A DNA stretch of 37,963 nt from Deltaproteobacteria bacterium. GTDB taxonomy: Bacteria > SAR324 > NAC60-12. Positions within the stretch are counted from its first letter, which is position 1. Every line of letters starts with the position of its first letter. Location of the stretch: NCBI GenBank assembly GCA_038150265.1, contig JAYOTF010000033.1, forward strand, positions 587-38,549. Reading direction: 5' to 3'. Below are positions 26,256 through 35,395 of the stretch, piece after piece. Position numbers and translations under genes: made by a program. The notes under the pieces are model-generated. The model searched no databases, had not been told where the DNA came from, and saw only the letters and a list, made by a program, of their open reading frames with translations.

Positions 26256-28124
26256 ATGAACTTCGGTGAACGCACCAAACCCTGGGTCCTGGTGGTCCTC
26301 CTGCTGGTTTGCCTCATTGCCCTCAACGTCCTCGTGGCGCTGCTTCCTGCCGCTCGCCTGGATGTGACGGAAGACCAGCTCTTCACCATCTCCCCGGGGT
26401 CTCGTGAAATCCTCAAGAACCTGGAAGACCCGCTGCTCGTGAAGCTCTACTTCTCACGAAGCAACGCCGAGCTGCCCACCTCCTTCAAGACCTACGCGCA
26501 GCGAGTCGAGGACCTGCTGGGCGAGTACGAAGCCCTCTCCGGAGGACAGATGGAGCTGCGGGTGATTGACCCCAAGCCGGACTCTGATGAAGAAGTCGAG
26601 GCCCAGCAGTATGGCGTGGAAGCCGTCACGCTGCCGAGTGGCACACCGGTGTACTTTGGCGTCGCGCTGCAGCTCCTCGACCGTCAGACCGCCCTGCCCT
26701 TTCTGGATCCCCGCCGGCAGGAATTCCTCGAGTACGACCTGACTCAGGCGATCTACCAGATCACCCAGACGCAAAAGCCCAGGGTCGGTGTCCTGTCGTC
26801 CATGAACCTCAACGGCGGTCCGGCGATGATGCCGGGGCAGCCTCCGAGCCAGAAGTGGGCCTTCCTCAGCGAGCTGGAGAAGAACCTGGAGGTGCAGATG
26901 CTGCAGCCGACCCTCGTGGAGGTTCCGGAAGACATCTCCACGCTGCTGGTCGTGCACCCCAAGGAATTCAGCCCTGCGGCCCAGTACGCCATCGATCAGT
27001 TTGTACTCCGTGGCGGACACCTGGTGCTGATGCTGGATCCGAATTCCCGGGCAGACCTGAGTTCTCCGATGAACCAGATGTCGCAGCAGCCCAACCTCAG
27101 CAGTGACCTGCCTCAGCTCCGAGCAGCGTGGGGCATCACCTTTGATGCCGGAAAGATCGTAGGCGACTTTCAGCAGGCGACCCCCGTCAACACCAACAGC
27201 GGCATCCTCCGGTTTCCGTACTGGCTGAGCCTCCAAAGCACCCACCTCGACGCCAATCACCCGCTGACCTCCGACCTCGAGTCCCTGCTCTTCATTGAGG
27301 CAGGCGCCCTGGGCAAGGACAACGGCAGCTCGGTGGAAATGACGCCCCTGATTTCGACCAGTCCCGAAAGCGGGCTCACCGACGCGTTCATGCTCCGCTT
27401 CATGCAGCCGCAGCAGATGGTTCGGGAGCTGAAGCCCTCCGGAACCCCGCAGGCCCTGGTGGCGCTGTACCGCGACACCTTCACCAGCGCTTTCCCAGAT
27501 GGCCCCCCAGCGGTGGAAGGTCAGGACGGCAAGCCGGCTCCCCAGCCCACTCAGCCGCATCGGGCCCAGGCCCAGGAACCGAACACCATCCTCGTGTTTG
27601 CCGATGTGGACTTCCTCAGCGACGGCTACGCGGTGCAGCGCCTCAACTTCCTGGGGCAGTCGCTCATTCAGCCCAAGAACGACAACCTGAACCTCGGACT
27701 TGGAGCCATTGAGTTCCTTTCCGGAAACGATGCATTGCGCAGCATCCGCTCTCGTGGTAGGTTCCAGCGTCCGTTCACCCGCCTGCTGGCCCTCCAGCAG
27801 CAGGCACAGATCCGCTACCAGGCTGAAGAAACCGCGCTGCAGAACTCCCTTCAGGAGGTGCAGGGCAAGCTCGATCAGTTGCTTCAGGGAACCGGGGCCG
27901 GTGATCAGGATGTGCTGCTGCCTCCGGAAATTCAGGAGGAAATCAAGCAGTTCCGGGAAGAGGAGCGGCAGACGCGCCGCAAGCTCCGGGAGGTCCGGAA
28001 GATCCTCCGGCAGGACATTGAGCAGTTGGGCAACCAACTCCTGGTCCTCAACCTGATCGCGGTGCCGCTGCTGGTCGGGATTGCGGGCATGGTGATCTAC
28101 CGGAGACGGACCCGTGGGCGTTAA
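26256..28124 (+). CDS. GldG-like ABC transporter auxiliary component
   Basis: RLDVTEDQLFTIS, LEYDLTQAI, AIDQFVLRGG, ADVDFLSD, IRSRG...RPF; N- and C-terminal TM helices. Confidence 0.88.
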   Translation: MNFGERTKPWVLVVLLLVCLIALNVLVALLPAARLDVTEDQLFTISPGSREILKNLEDPLLVKLYFSRSNAELPTSFKTYAQRVEDLLGEYEALSGGQMELRVIDPKPDSDEEVEAQQYGVEAVTLPSGTPVYFGVALQLLDRQTALPFLDPRRQEFLEYDLTQAIYQITQTQKPRVGVLSSMNLNGGPAMMPGQPPSQKWAFLSELEKNLEVQMLQPTLVEVPEDISTLLVVHPKEFSPAAQYAIDQFVLRGGHLVLMLDPNSRADLSSPMNQMSQQPNLSSDLPQLRAAWGITFDAGKIVGDFQQATPVNTNSGILRFPYWLSLQSTHLDANHPLTSDLESLLFIEAGALGKDNGSSVEMTPLISTSPESGLTDAFMLRFMQPQQMVRELKPSGTPQALVALYRDTFTSAFPDGPPAVEGQDGKPAPQPTQPHRAQAQEPNTILVFADVDFLSDGYAVQRLNFLGQSLIQPKNDNLNLGLGAIEFLSGNDALRSIRSRGRFQRPFTRLLALQQQAQIRYQAEETALQNSLQEVQGKLDQLLQGTGAGDQDVLLPPEIQEEIKQFREEERQTRRKLREVRKILRQDIEQLGNQLLVLNLIAVPLLVGIAGMVIYRRRTRGR

Positions 28125-28154
28125 CCTGAGACCTTCAAGATGAGAACCTGAACC

Positions 28155-29165
28155 ATGCATGCAACGCTGAACAAACTACTCCGGCGCGAGGACCTGAGCT
28201 TCGACGAGGCTCACGCCATGATCCTCTGGATCATGAGCGAGGACGCCGTCCCGGTCCAGGCTGCGGCGCTTCTGGCGCTCCTGCAGGCCAAGGGCGCCAC
28301 CGTCGACGAGATGGCTGGAGCGGCGCTTGCCATGCGGGACCGTTCCCATCGCATTGAAGCTCCCTCCCACTCGGTGGACACCTGCAGCACTGGAGGAAAC
28401 GGCATCAGCACCTTCAACATTTCCACCTGTGCCGCCATCATTGCTGCTGCTGCCGGGGCGGTGGTGGCCAAGCATGGAAACCGCTCCAACACACGCAAGA
28501 GCGGAAGTGCCGAAGCGCTGGAATCCCTTGGGGTCAACATCGCCGCCCCTGTTCCGGTGGTGGAAGAGAGCCTCCGGGACCTGGACCTGTGCTTCTGCTA
28601 CGCCATCAACCACCACCCGGCGATGCGCTTTGCCGGCCCCATCCGCAAGGAGTTGGGCATCCCCACCGTCTTCAACTTTCTTGGGCCCCTGACCAATCCG
28701 GCAGGCGCCCAGCGGCAGCTCATTGGGGTGCCGTCCAAAGGCCTCACCCGGACCATGGCAGAGGTCCTGAAGCGCTTGGACGCGGTTCATGTCCTCGTGG
28801 TTCATGGAGCCGATGGCCTGTGTGAGCTGACCGTGACTGACCTCACGCATGTCGCCGAGCTGAAAGACGGCGTCATCCGCGAGTATGACGTCACACCAGA
28901 AGAGTTGGGACTGCCTCGTGGGCAACTCGAGGACATTGCCATCGACAGTCCGGCAGACAGCGCCCGGATCATTGAGGCCATCCTCTCCGGGACCGAACAA
29001 GGCACTGCTCGAGACATTGCTCTGGCCAACAGCGCCGGCGCCCTGCTCGTCGGCGGCGTGGCCCCGGACCTGGCCACAGGGGTCACCCTTGCCCGGGAAG
29101 CCATTGACTCCGGAGCCGCGGCTCAGAAGCTCCGATCCCTGGTGGAATTGACCAACCGCTCTTGA
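28155..29165 (+). CDS. trpD: Anthranilate phosphoribosyltransferase (variant motifs)
   Basis: DTCSTGGNG..TFNIST, AKHGNRS, HHPAM...RKELG..TVFNFLGPLTNPA. Confidence 0.88.
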   Translation: MHATLNKLLRREDLSFDEAHAMILWIMSEDAVPVQAAALLALLQAKGATVDEMAGAALAMRDRSHRIEAPSHSVDTCSTGGNGISTFNISTCAAIIAAAAGAVVAKHGNRSNTRKSGSAEALESLGVNIAAPVPVVEESLRDLDLCFCYAINHHPAMRFAGPIRKELGIPTVFNFLGPLTNPAGAQRQLIGVPSKGLTRTMAEVLKRLDAVHVLVVHGADGLCELTVTDLTHVAELKDGVIREYDVTPEELGLPRGQLEDIAIDSPADSARIIEAILSGTEQGTARDIALANSAGALLVGGVAPDLATGVTLAREAIDSGAAAQKLRSLVELTNRS

Positions 29166-29258
29166 CTCGTACTTCTGGGGGAAACCTGCTAGGGTTGCGT
29201 GTTTTTTCGCACCTGCCTCGCGCAGGACTGTCCCAACCCTCATCCCCCCGGAAGCCCC

Positions 29259-29867
29259 ATGAAGAACTTCCCGACTCCATTTTACCGATGGCGCCCGCAC
29301 CCATGGCATGGTCTCGAGATTGGTCCGGAGCCCCCTCGCCTGGTCCACGCCTTCATTGAGATCTGCCCGTTCGACCTCGTCAAGTACGAGGTCGACAAGA
29401 CCACCGGTTACCTCCGGGTGGACCGTCCGCAGCGTTCGTCTTCTCAGCACCCCACCCTTTACGGCTTCATCCCCCGGACGTACTGTGGGGATCGCGTTGG
29501 AAAGCTCATGGACGGCGCCGGTCAGGGCGATGGGGACCCCCTGGACATCTGTGTCATCAGTGAGCGTCCGATCTCCAAAACCGAAATCATCCTCAACGCT
29601 CGCGTTGTTGGGGGCCTGCCGATGCTGGATGGAGGCGAGGCCGATGACAAGATTGTCGCGGTGCTGCAAAACGACCCACTCTGGGATCAGGTGGAGGACC
29701 TCAGCGACCTGCCTCCCGCCCTCATTGAGCGCCTCAATCACTACTTCATGACGTATAAACTCGTTCCGGATCAGCCCAACAAGATTTCCATTGGAACACC
29801 GTATGGGTTTGACCACGCCAAAACCGTCATCGAAGCCGCCATGCGCGACTACGAAGACATGTTCTGA
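29259..29867 (+). CDS. ppa: Family I inorganic pyrophosphatase
   Basis: [43 protein letters not shown]. Confidence 0.94.
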   Translation: MKNFPTPFYRWRPHPWHGLEIGPEPPRLVHAFIEICPFDLVKYEVDKTTGYLRVDRPQRSSSQHPTLYGFIPRTYCGDRVGKLMDGAGQGDGDPLDICVISERPISKTEIILNARVVGGLPMLDGGEADDKIVAVLQNDPLWDQVEDLSDLPPALIERLNHYFMTYKLVPDQPNKISIGTPYGFDHAKTVIEAAMRDYEDMF

Positions 29868-29912
29868 GCAGAGCCGACTCTCCTCGGGCTCACCAGGCCC
29901 GGGTTGAGGCGG

Positions 29913-31985
29913 TCAGGAAGTGAGCTGCTGAAGAAGCACCGCTGCTGAGGCGTCAACCTGCAGAGACTGCATCACAGGCGCCTCAAGAGGAAGCTTGGGC
30001 TGAAAGGGGGACGAGGAGAGCTTCAACGCCCAGCGGGTGCCCTCCGGAAGGAAGAATTCCACAGGAGCGTGGTAGGTGTTGAGGAGCAGCCGCAGTGGAG
30101 CCGCCTCCGGATGCCGAACCTCGGCCACCAGGGTGCTCTCATGCGGTAAAAATTCGGAGGGCGCATTGCCCGCCGTCCACCAGGTCCACTCCGACTCATC
30201 GGAAAAGAGGGGGGTGAAGTGGGCTTGCCGAAACGCGATGGCCGCCCGCACAAACGTCAGCAGCCCCTGCTGGTTGGGGCGCAGCTCCCAGTTGACCCAG
30301 GTCAGCTCGGAGTCGTGGCAGTAGGCGTTGTTGTTGCCGTGCTGGGTCCGGGCAAACTCGTCACCGCCCACCAGCATGGGAATGCCGTGCGACACCTGCA
30401 GGAGCAGGTGGAAGAGGCACTGGCGCCGGAATCGCAACGAGTTCACCTCCGGATCCTCGCTTGGCCCCTCCACCCCACAGTTGTGGGCATAGTCCGAGTG
30501 GGTGCCATCGCGGTTGTCCTCTCCGTTGGCGAGGTTGTGCTTGTGGCTGTAGGCGGTCAGGTCAGCGAGGGTCATGCCGTCGTGAGCGGTCACAAAATTG
30601 ACACTGAGCTGACGTCCTCGGGTCCGTCCCTGAAAGATCGCCGGGCTTCCCAAGAGGGCTTGCTGCAACGGTTGCATCTGCCCTTCGTCCCCCCGGACCG
30701 CCTGACGGATCGCATCCCGAAAACGGTCATTCCACTCCAGCCAGTTCGCATGCCAGGAGCCATGTCCCAGTTGGTAGCCTCCTCCCGCGTCCCAGGGTTC
30801 GGAAATCAGCTTCACCCCCTGTAGCCACGGATCTTCCCTCAGCTCCCACATCATGCGGGGAAACCCGCGGAGGTCGCCTTCGGAGTCTCGGTTGAGGATG
30901 GTCGCCAGGTCAAAGCGAAAGCCATCCACGCCCATCTCATGCACCCAGTACCGCAGGCTGTCCCGGATCAGGGTCCGGGCAACCGGGTGAGCGCAGTGCA
31001 GGGTGTTGCCGCATCCGGAGTGATTCTGCCAGTGTCCTTCGGCATCGAGCAGGTACCACTCGCGCGCACCCAGCAGCCGGAAGTGATCGCTGGGGCCGTC
31101 TGCTCCCATCTCGGCCGTGTGGTTGTAAACCACATCCAGCCAGACCTCGATTCCGGCCTCATGGAAAGCGTCCACCATCTCCTTGAATTCCTCCACCGCC
31201 CGCTGGGGTTCAGCCGCATAAGCCGCCTTGGGGGCAAAGAACAGCAGCGTGGAGTACCCCCAGTAATTGAACAGCGGCTCCCGAGTTTCCGGATGAACGC
31301 GGTCAAATTCGCACTCGTCAAAATCAAAGAGCGGCAGCAGCTCCACAACGTTCACTCCCAGTGCCTTCAGGTGCGGAATGCAGGCGGTCAGGCCCCGGAA
31401 GGTGCCTCGGTGTTCCGGAAGCGCAGGCGAGGACGCATGCTGGGTCAGGCCCCGGACGTGGCACTCGTAAACGATGCAAGCCGCTTCCGGAAGGCAAGGA
31501 CGGGCCGGACGGGCCGACGGGGCAGGAGTGGAACGCAGCACCGCCAGCCGCCGAAGCCCTGGGTAGGTCCCTCCGTGAGGGCGTGGTTCCACCAACAGGT
31601 GCCCGCTGGGTGCAAAGCGAAAACCGACAGGCTCGCCCCAGCGTTCGCCGCCGGTGCTGGCGCGGGTGTACGGATCGGTGATCCAGCCAGTGGAGCCGTC
31701 GGCATTCGTCAGCCAGATGACGTAAGCCAGCTCCGAGGGCACCGATTCGTCAAACTCTGCTTCCCAGGCCCACATGCCACCAAACCGGTGGTGCTGAGGG
31801 TCCAGGACAACGGTGGCCAGCGGAGCAACCGAGGCTCCGGGTTCCAGGGGAAGGGGATAAAAAGCGTAGGTGACCTTGACGGCGTGCGGAGCCGGGAGGG
31901 CAAACTGCCCCTGACTTCCCTGCCAGGAGGCACCGGTCTGTGCAGCAGGACAGGGCCGGACGTTGCGAATCACGGGCGTCTGCAA
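29913..31985 (-). CDS. glgX: Glycogen debranching enzyme/isoamylase (GH13)
   Basis: YECHVRG, NYWGY, DVVYNHT, catalytic DGFRFDLA / SEPWD / TAHDG, GDEFARTQHGNNNAYC. The N-terminus is divergent and the TTG start is uncertain. Confidence 0.85.
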   Translation of the reverse strand: MQTPVIRNVRPCPAAQTGASWQGSQGQFALPAPHAVKVTYAFYPLPLEPGASVAPLATVVLDPQHHRFGGMWAWEAEFDESVPSELAYVIWLTNADGSTGWITDPYTRASTGGERWGEPVGFRFAPSGHLLVEPRPHGGTYPGLRRLAVLRSTPAPSARPARPCLPEAACIVYECHVRGLTQHASSPALPEHRGTFRGLTACIPHLKALGVNVVELLPLFDFDECEFDRVHPETREPLFNYWGYSTLLFFAPKAAYAAEPQRAVEEFKEMVDAFHEAGIEVWLDVVYNHTAEMGADGPSDHFRLLGAREWYLLDAEGHWQNHSGCGNTLHCAHPVARTLIRDSLRYWVHEMGVDGFRFDLATILNRDSEGDLRGFPRMMWELREDPWLQGVKLISEPWDAGGGYQLGHGSWHANWLEWNDRFRDAIRQAVRGDEGQMQPLQQALLGSPAIFQGRTRGRQLSVNFVTAHDGMTLADLTAYSHKHNLANGEDNRDGTHSDYAHNCGVEGPSEDPEVNSLRFRRQCLFHLLLQVSHGIPMLVGGDEFARTQHGNNNAYCHDSELTWVNWELRPNQQGLLTFVRAAIAFRQAHFTPLFSDESEWTWWTAGNAPSEFLPHESTLVAEVRHPEAAPLRLLLNTYHAPVEFFLPEGTRWALKLSSSPFQPKLPLEAPVMQSLQVDASAAVLLQQLTS

Positions 31986-31997
31986 AAAAGAAGGGGA

Positions 31998-32822
31998 TTA
32001 CGAGAGGTGGCCTCGGCTGCGTAGCCAGTCATGGGGAGCGGCAAACTCGAAGAGCGCCTGCAGGTCGGCTTCGGTTCCGGGGGCGCCGGCCAGCAGGTAG
32101 TTGCCTTGGTGCAGGCCATCGTTGCTGAGGAAGTCGCTCACCCAGCCACCGGCTTCTTCAACCATCATGAGGGCAGCGAGGCAGTCCCAGGAGTTGATGT
32201 GAGTCTCATAAAAGGCGACGTGTCGGCCAGCGGCCACATAAGCAGCCATCAGGGCTCCGGAACCGTTGCGCTGGTAGAGTCCGCCGTGTCGGAGGATCCA
32301 CTCGACCGCCCGGACGCTTGGCTCCAGCGGAACCTTCGGGCTGTGCCCAACGGCCACGGTTCCTCCTTCAATGCCTTCAAGCCGCTCCAGCTGCATCGGC
32401 TGCCCATTCAGCCACGCTCCCTCACCGCGAGCCGCGCTGAAGAGTTCGTCGGTGTTGGGATCGTAAATCACCCCCACCTGCGCCTGTCCGTTGTGATGGT
32501 AGGCAATGGAGGTGCACCAGAGCGGAGTGCCCTTGAGGAAGGGGAAGGTGCCATCAATCGGGTCAACCACCCATGCGCCCTCACCCGCCTGAGTGCCACT
32601 TTCCTCGCCGAGGAAGCCGTCTTCCGGAAACGCGCCCAGGAGGCGGTTGCGGATCAGGTCCTCCACTTCGCGGTCTGCCTGGCTGACCAGGTCCAGCGCA
32701 TTGAGTTTGGTTTCAATGGAGAGCGTGTTGCGGTTCCGGAAGAAGCGCAGGGCGAGGCGTCCGGCCTCTTGGGCCACCGCTTCAGCGGCGCGCTGGCGAG
32801 CCCGTCGGGCAGAAGCATCCAT
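31998..32822 (-). CDS. Inositol monophosphatase family protein
   Basis: DLVSQADREVE, LGEE, WVVDPIDGT, WDCLAA..EEAGG. Confidence 0.92.
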   Translation of the reverse strand: MDASARRARQRAAEAVAQEAGRLALRFFRNRNTLSIETKLNALDLVSQADREVEDLIRNRLLGAFPEDGFLGEESGTQAGEGAWVVDPIDGTFPFLKGTPLWCTSIAYHHNGQAQVGVIYDPNTDELFSAARGEGAWLNGQPMQLERLEGIEGGTVAVGHSPKVPLEPSVRAVEWILRHGGLYQRNGSGALMAAYVAAGRHVAFYETHINSWDCLAALMMVEEAGGWVSDFLSNDGLHQGNYLLAGAPGTEADLQALFEFAAPHDWLRSRGHLS

Positions 32823-33466
32823 TAGCGGCGAGCCTGACGTCGGTTGAACTGCTTCATGACCTCGGACTCCTCATCATCCATCTGTCCGGGGGCGAAGTTG
32901 GCGTTGAGCTGATTGACGAGGCGTTGCCAGGTGTCAATGCCACTTTCCAGCACCTTGGCGCCATAACGGAACTGCGTGCGGGGATGCGTGGACTGATACT
33001 GCTGCTTGAGGATGTCGAGGCGCTGCAGGTTTTCCTTGGAGAAAATCGAGAACCGCTGAATGAGCCCGGCCGTGCTGTCGCGGCTGGGGTTGTGAAGCAG
33101 CCGGAGGATTTCCGGTTCAATCGGCTTCTGCTGCTCATCATAGAGGTTGAAGATCATCTGCCGGATGCAGATGCCGGTGATGTTGTCCGGGTCCTGCAGA
33201 CGGGACCACATGATGCGCAACCGAGTGGTGCCCCACACCCCGTCTTCCAGAGGCGTGTGCAGGGCCAGCTCCAGCTCACTGCCGACCTTGAACTCTTGAT
33301 CCGTGTAGAGACCGGTCCCGAATTCACTGAAATCCTGCATGTATCCGGAAAAGTCGACCTCCAGGTCCCTTGACCCATCCGGCCCGACCACGGTCAGGCT
33401 GATGCTCTTCGCGTGATAGCCTTCATGAAGCTCGGCCGTCTGATCGGCCTTGATGAACTGCAACAT
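32822..33466 (-). CDS. Degenerate PilZ-like protein
   Basis: QDFSEFGTGL...VGSELELAL...RLRIMWSR...YGAKV is a PilZ barrel pattern without RxxxR. TAATG overlap with the IMPase start. Confidence 0.55.
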   Translation of the reverse strand: MLQFIKADQTAELHEGYHAKSISLTVVGPDGSRDLEVDFSGYMQDFSEFGTGLYTDQEFKVGSELELALHTPLEDGVWGTTRLRIMWSRLQDPDNITGICIRQMIFNLYDEQQKPIEPEILRLLHNPSRDSTAGLIQRFSIFSKENLQRLDILKQQYQSTHPRTQFRYGAKVLESGIDTWQRLVNQLNANFAPGQMDDEESEVMKQFNRRQARR

Positions 33467-33507
33467 AGAGTCTCGCCTCTGGGGCACAAAACGTTATTAA
33501 AATGGTA

Positions 33508-33516
33508 ACTATACCA
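33508..33516 (-). promoter_or_regulatory. Candidate extended -10 promoter for the PilZ-like/IMPase/glgX run
   Basis: Minus strand TGGTATAGT (TGn + TATAGT), about 40 nt upstream of ATG 33466. Confidence 0.45.
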
Positions 33517-33562
33517 CACTCTCAGAGGCGATGCAGTCAAGAAATGATCCGTTGAGGCCCAC

Positions 33563-35089
33563 TTACTCCAGCTTCAGGCGCCCCTGCCGTCCGGCTTCCT
33601 GCATGCGACGGAAGGCTTCTTGACGCTGACGGTTGCGCTGCTCGCGACGGTAGACCAGCGGCGGGGCCGAACGGACCGAGCACTGCTCCTCCGTGAGCGG
33701 ACACCGCTCGCAGGTCTCATTCACCTCCACCTGCGGAATGTTCGGGTCATTCCAGAACTGAACCTTCTCCCGGAACCGCTCATCCATGCTGATGCCCAGG
33801 GTCATGCTGCGGTTGACCTGCCCCAGCAAACGCAGGGGGCGGGCAATGGAGATGAAGAAGACCTCCTTGCCGCTTTCCACAAAGCGGGCGCGCTGAGCCC
33901 CGATCATCGGGACCTGCGTCGCCGCTCCGGAAGCCTGCTCGCGCTGGAGTTCACGCAGCATCGTAATGGGAAGCCAGCGGCGGCAGTGGTGCTCATTGAA
34001 GGCGGCCCCGGCCGGAACCAGCGTCCGCGGCATGTTGAGCTCCTTCGAAAGCCGAAAGTGGTCTTGCCCCACCTCATGCTCAAAACGGAGGAAGTGCAGC
34101 TCCTTCAGGTCAAACAACCCGGGCAGGATCTGACTGAGGCGGTGCAGGAAGGTCTCCGGGGAAGCATCGTAGCGGTTGATCATCCGCAACAGGGCGGGGC
34201 CATCCCAGTGCAGGCGCTGCGAAAATGAGGAGAGGTCCGACTCCAGGTGGTACCGGTTGATGAGGAGGGCCCCGGCAAAGTAGGAGGCCTTGAAGTGGTT
34301 GAGGACCTCATCAAACGACGACACCCGGAGCCAGGAAGACGTCCGTGGCTGGTCCGGAAGCTTGAGGACGTAGTACCCGAGCTGCACGGCAAGCGCAAAG
34401 CGGTGCTGGCTGGGGCTGAGCTTCTCGTTGAGGAGCATCTGCGGCTTCCGCCCCGGGAGGTAGACGTACCGCTGCTCCGTCAGCTCTGGATAGGTCGCGA
34501 AATCAGTCAGCGTCACCTCGAGCCCAAAGCGCTCCTCCAGCAGCGCCTGCACGGTTGCCAGCTCAGGGGCCGGGAAGGGCGCCAGGTGCGCTTCCTGAAG
34601 AAAGCGCTCCACTTCTCCCTCCAGCTCCTCAAAGTAGTTGCTGTGCATCTCCTGATACGCCCGCAGCGAGGCGAGGAAGAAGCGCTCCTCGTCCATGTCG
34701 TAGCTGCGGACAATCTCGTGGAGGGTGCTGACGAGCGCGGTCGCCTTTTTCGGAGAGGACGTCAGCAGGTCCAGCACATTCTCCAGCGTGATGCCGAAGA
34801 GCTGGTAAGGGAACGTGCTGAGGATGGAGGAGCTGAACAGGTCGTTCATGTGCGTGAGCCCATGACTGAGGTCCAGCGAGACCAACTCGTCGTAAGGGAC
34901 CTTCAGCCCCTCCGCCAGCTGCATGATGCGCTCCGCCTTCGGGTACTTCTTGCCCTTCTCAATTTCGTTGATGTACGAGACCGAGAGGCCGGTGCGCTCG
35001 GCCAGCTCCTTTAGCGAAAGATCCTGCTCTTGACGAAAGTGACGGAGTTTGAGTCCAAAAATGTACTTGAGATTCGTATTCGACCACAT
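33563..35089 (-). CDS. XRE-family short-chain fatty acyl-CoA regulator (RamB/PrpR/ScfR-like)
   Basis: N-terminal XRE HTH (LSVSYINEIEKGKKYP), IrrE/M78-like middle with degenerate HExxH (RFALAVQLG), YFAGALL, C-terminal HHCRRW...CERC..C..R..PP. Divergent from aceA. Confidence 0.85.
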   Translation of the reverse strand: MWSNTNLKYIFGLKLRHFRQEQDLSLKELAERTGLSVSYINEIEKGKKYPKAERIMQLAEGLKVPYDELVSLDLSHGLTHMNDLFSSSILSTFPYQLFGITLENVLDLLTSSPKKATALVSTLHEIVRSYDMDEERFFLASLRAYQEMHSNYFEELEGEVERFLQEAHLAPFPAPELATVQALLEERFGLEVTLTDFATYPELTEQRYVYLPGRKPQMLLNEKLSPSQHRFALAVQLGYYVLKLPDQPRTSSWLRVSSFDEVLNHFKASYFAGALLINRYHLESDLSSFSQRLHWDGPALLRMINRYDASPETFLHRLSQILPGLFDLKELHFLRFEHEVGQDHFRLSKELNMPRTLVPAGAAFNEHHCRRWLPITMLRELQREQASGAATQVPMIGAQRARFVESGKEVFFISIARPLRLLGQVNRSMTLGISMDERFREKVQFWNDPNIPQVEVNETCERCPLTEEQCSVRSAPPLVYRREQRNRQRQEAFRRMQEAGRQGRLKLE

Positions 35090-35217
35090 AGGTGTGTTCC
35101 CCCTTAGCTAACGTTCCACCCTAGTGGAACCCGCTGGGAAAATCAAAGGGTTTCCATTCGCTCCGGACATTGATTCGCTGTTTGCGAAATAACATAAATA
35201 ACAAAAATTTCACAATT

Positions 35218-35231
35218 AGCGAATTTTCGCT
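35218..35231. promoter_or_regulatory. Palindromic operator AGCGAA-N2-TTCGCT abutting the aceA -35
   Basis: Perfect 6-bp dyad. Extra half-sites: TTCGCT at 35157 and 35174, GCGAAA at 35184, TTCGCC at 35244. Confidence 0.65.
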
Positions 35232-35259
35232 TTACAATTCATTTTCGCCTGAATACACT
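35231..35259 (+). promoter_or_regulatory. Candidate sigma70 promoter of aceA
   Basis: TTTACA-N17-TACACT with an AT-rich upstream tract. Confidence 0.65.
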
Positions 35260-35270
35260 CGATCCCGAAC

Positions 35271-35331
35271 GTAGGGAGAGAGGCGGCAGAGTCTTTACCC
35301 GGAGGCGAGATTCTCTGCCTTCTCTTCCTAC
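35271..35331 (+). other. Long stem-loop at the start of the aceA 5' UTR
   Basis: GTAGGGAGAGAGG..GCAGAG pairs with CTCTGCCTTCTCTTCCTAC (about 19 bp including G-U). A second hairpin lies at 35355-35373. Confidence 0.6.
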
Positions 35332-35395
35332 CCAACGATCCCCCGTCACCCAGACGTCTTCGTTCACGAGACGAGCGTACCTTCAGGAGAGAGAG

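Noticed and set aside
29166..29258. Possible fluoride riboswitch upstream of ppa (AGGGTTG/CAACCCT stem enclosing a CCTGC/GCAGG hairpin)
   Set aside because: It lacks the GGCGATGG..GCTGATGAC consensus, and short stems like these are expected at this GC content.
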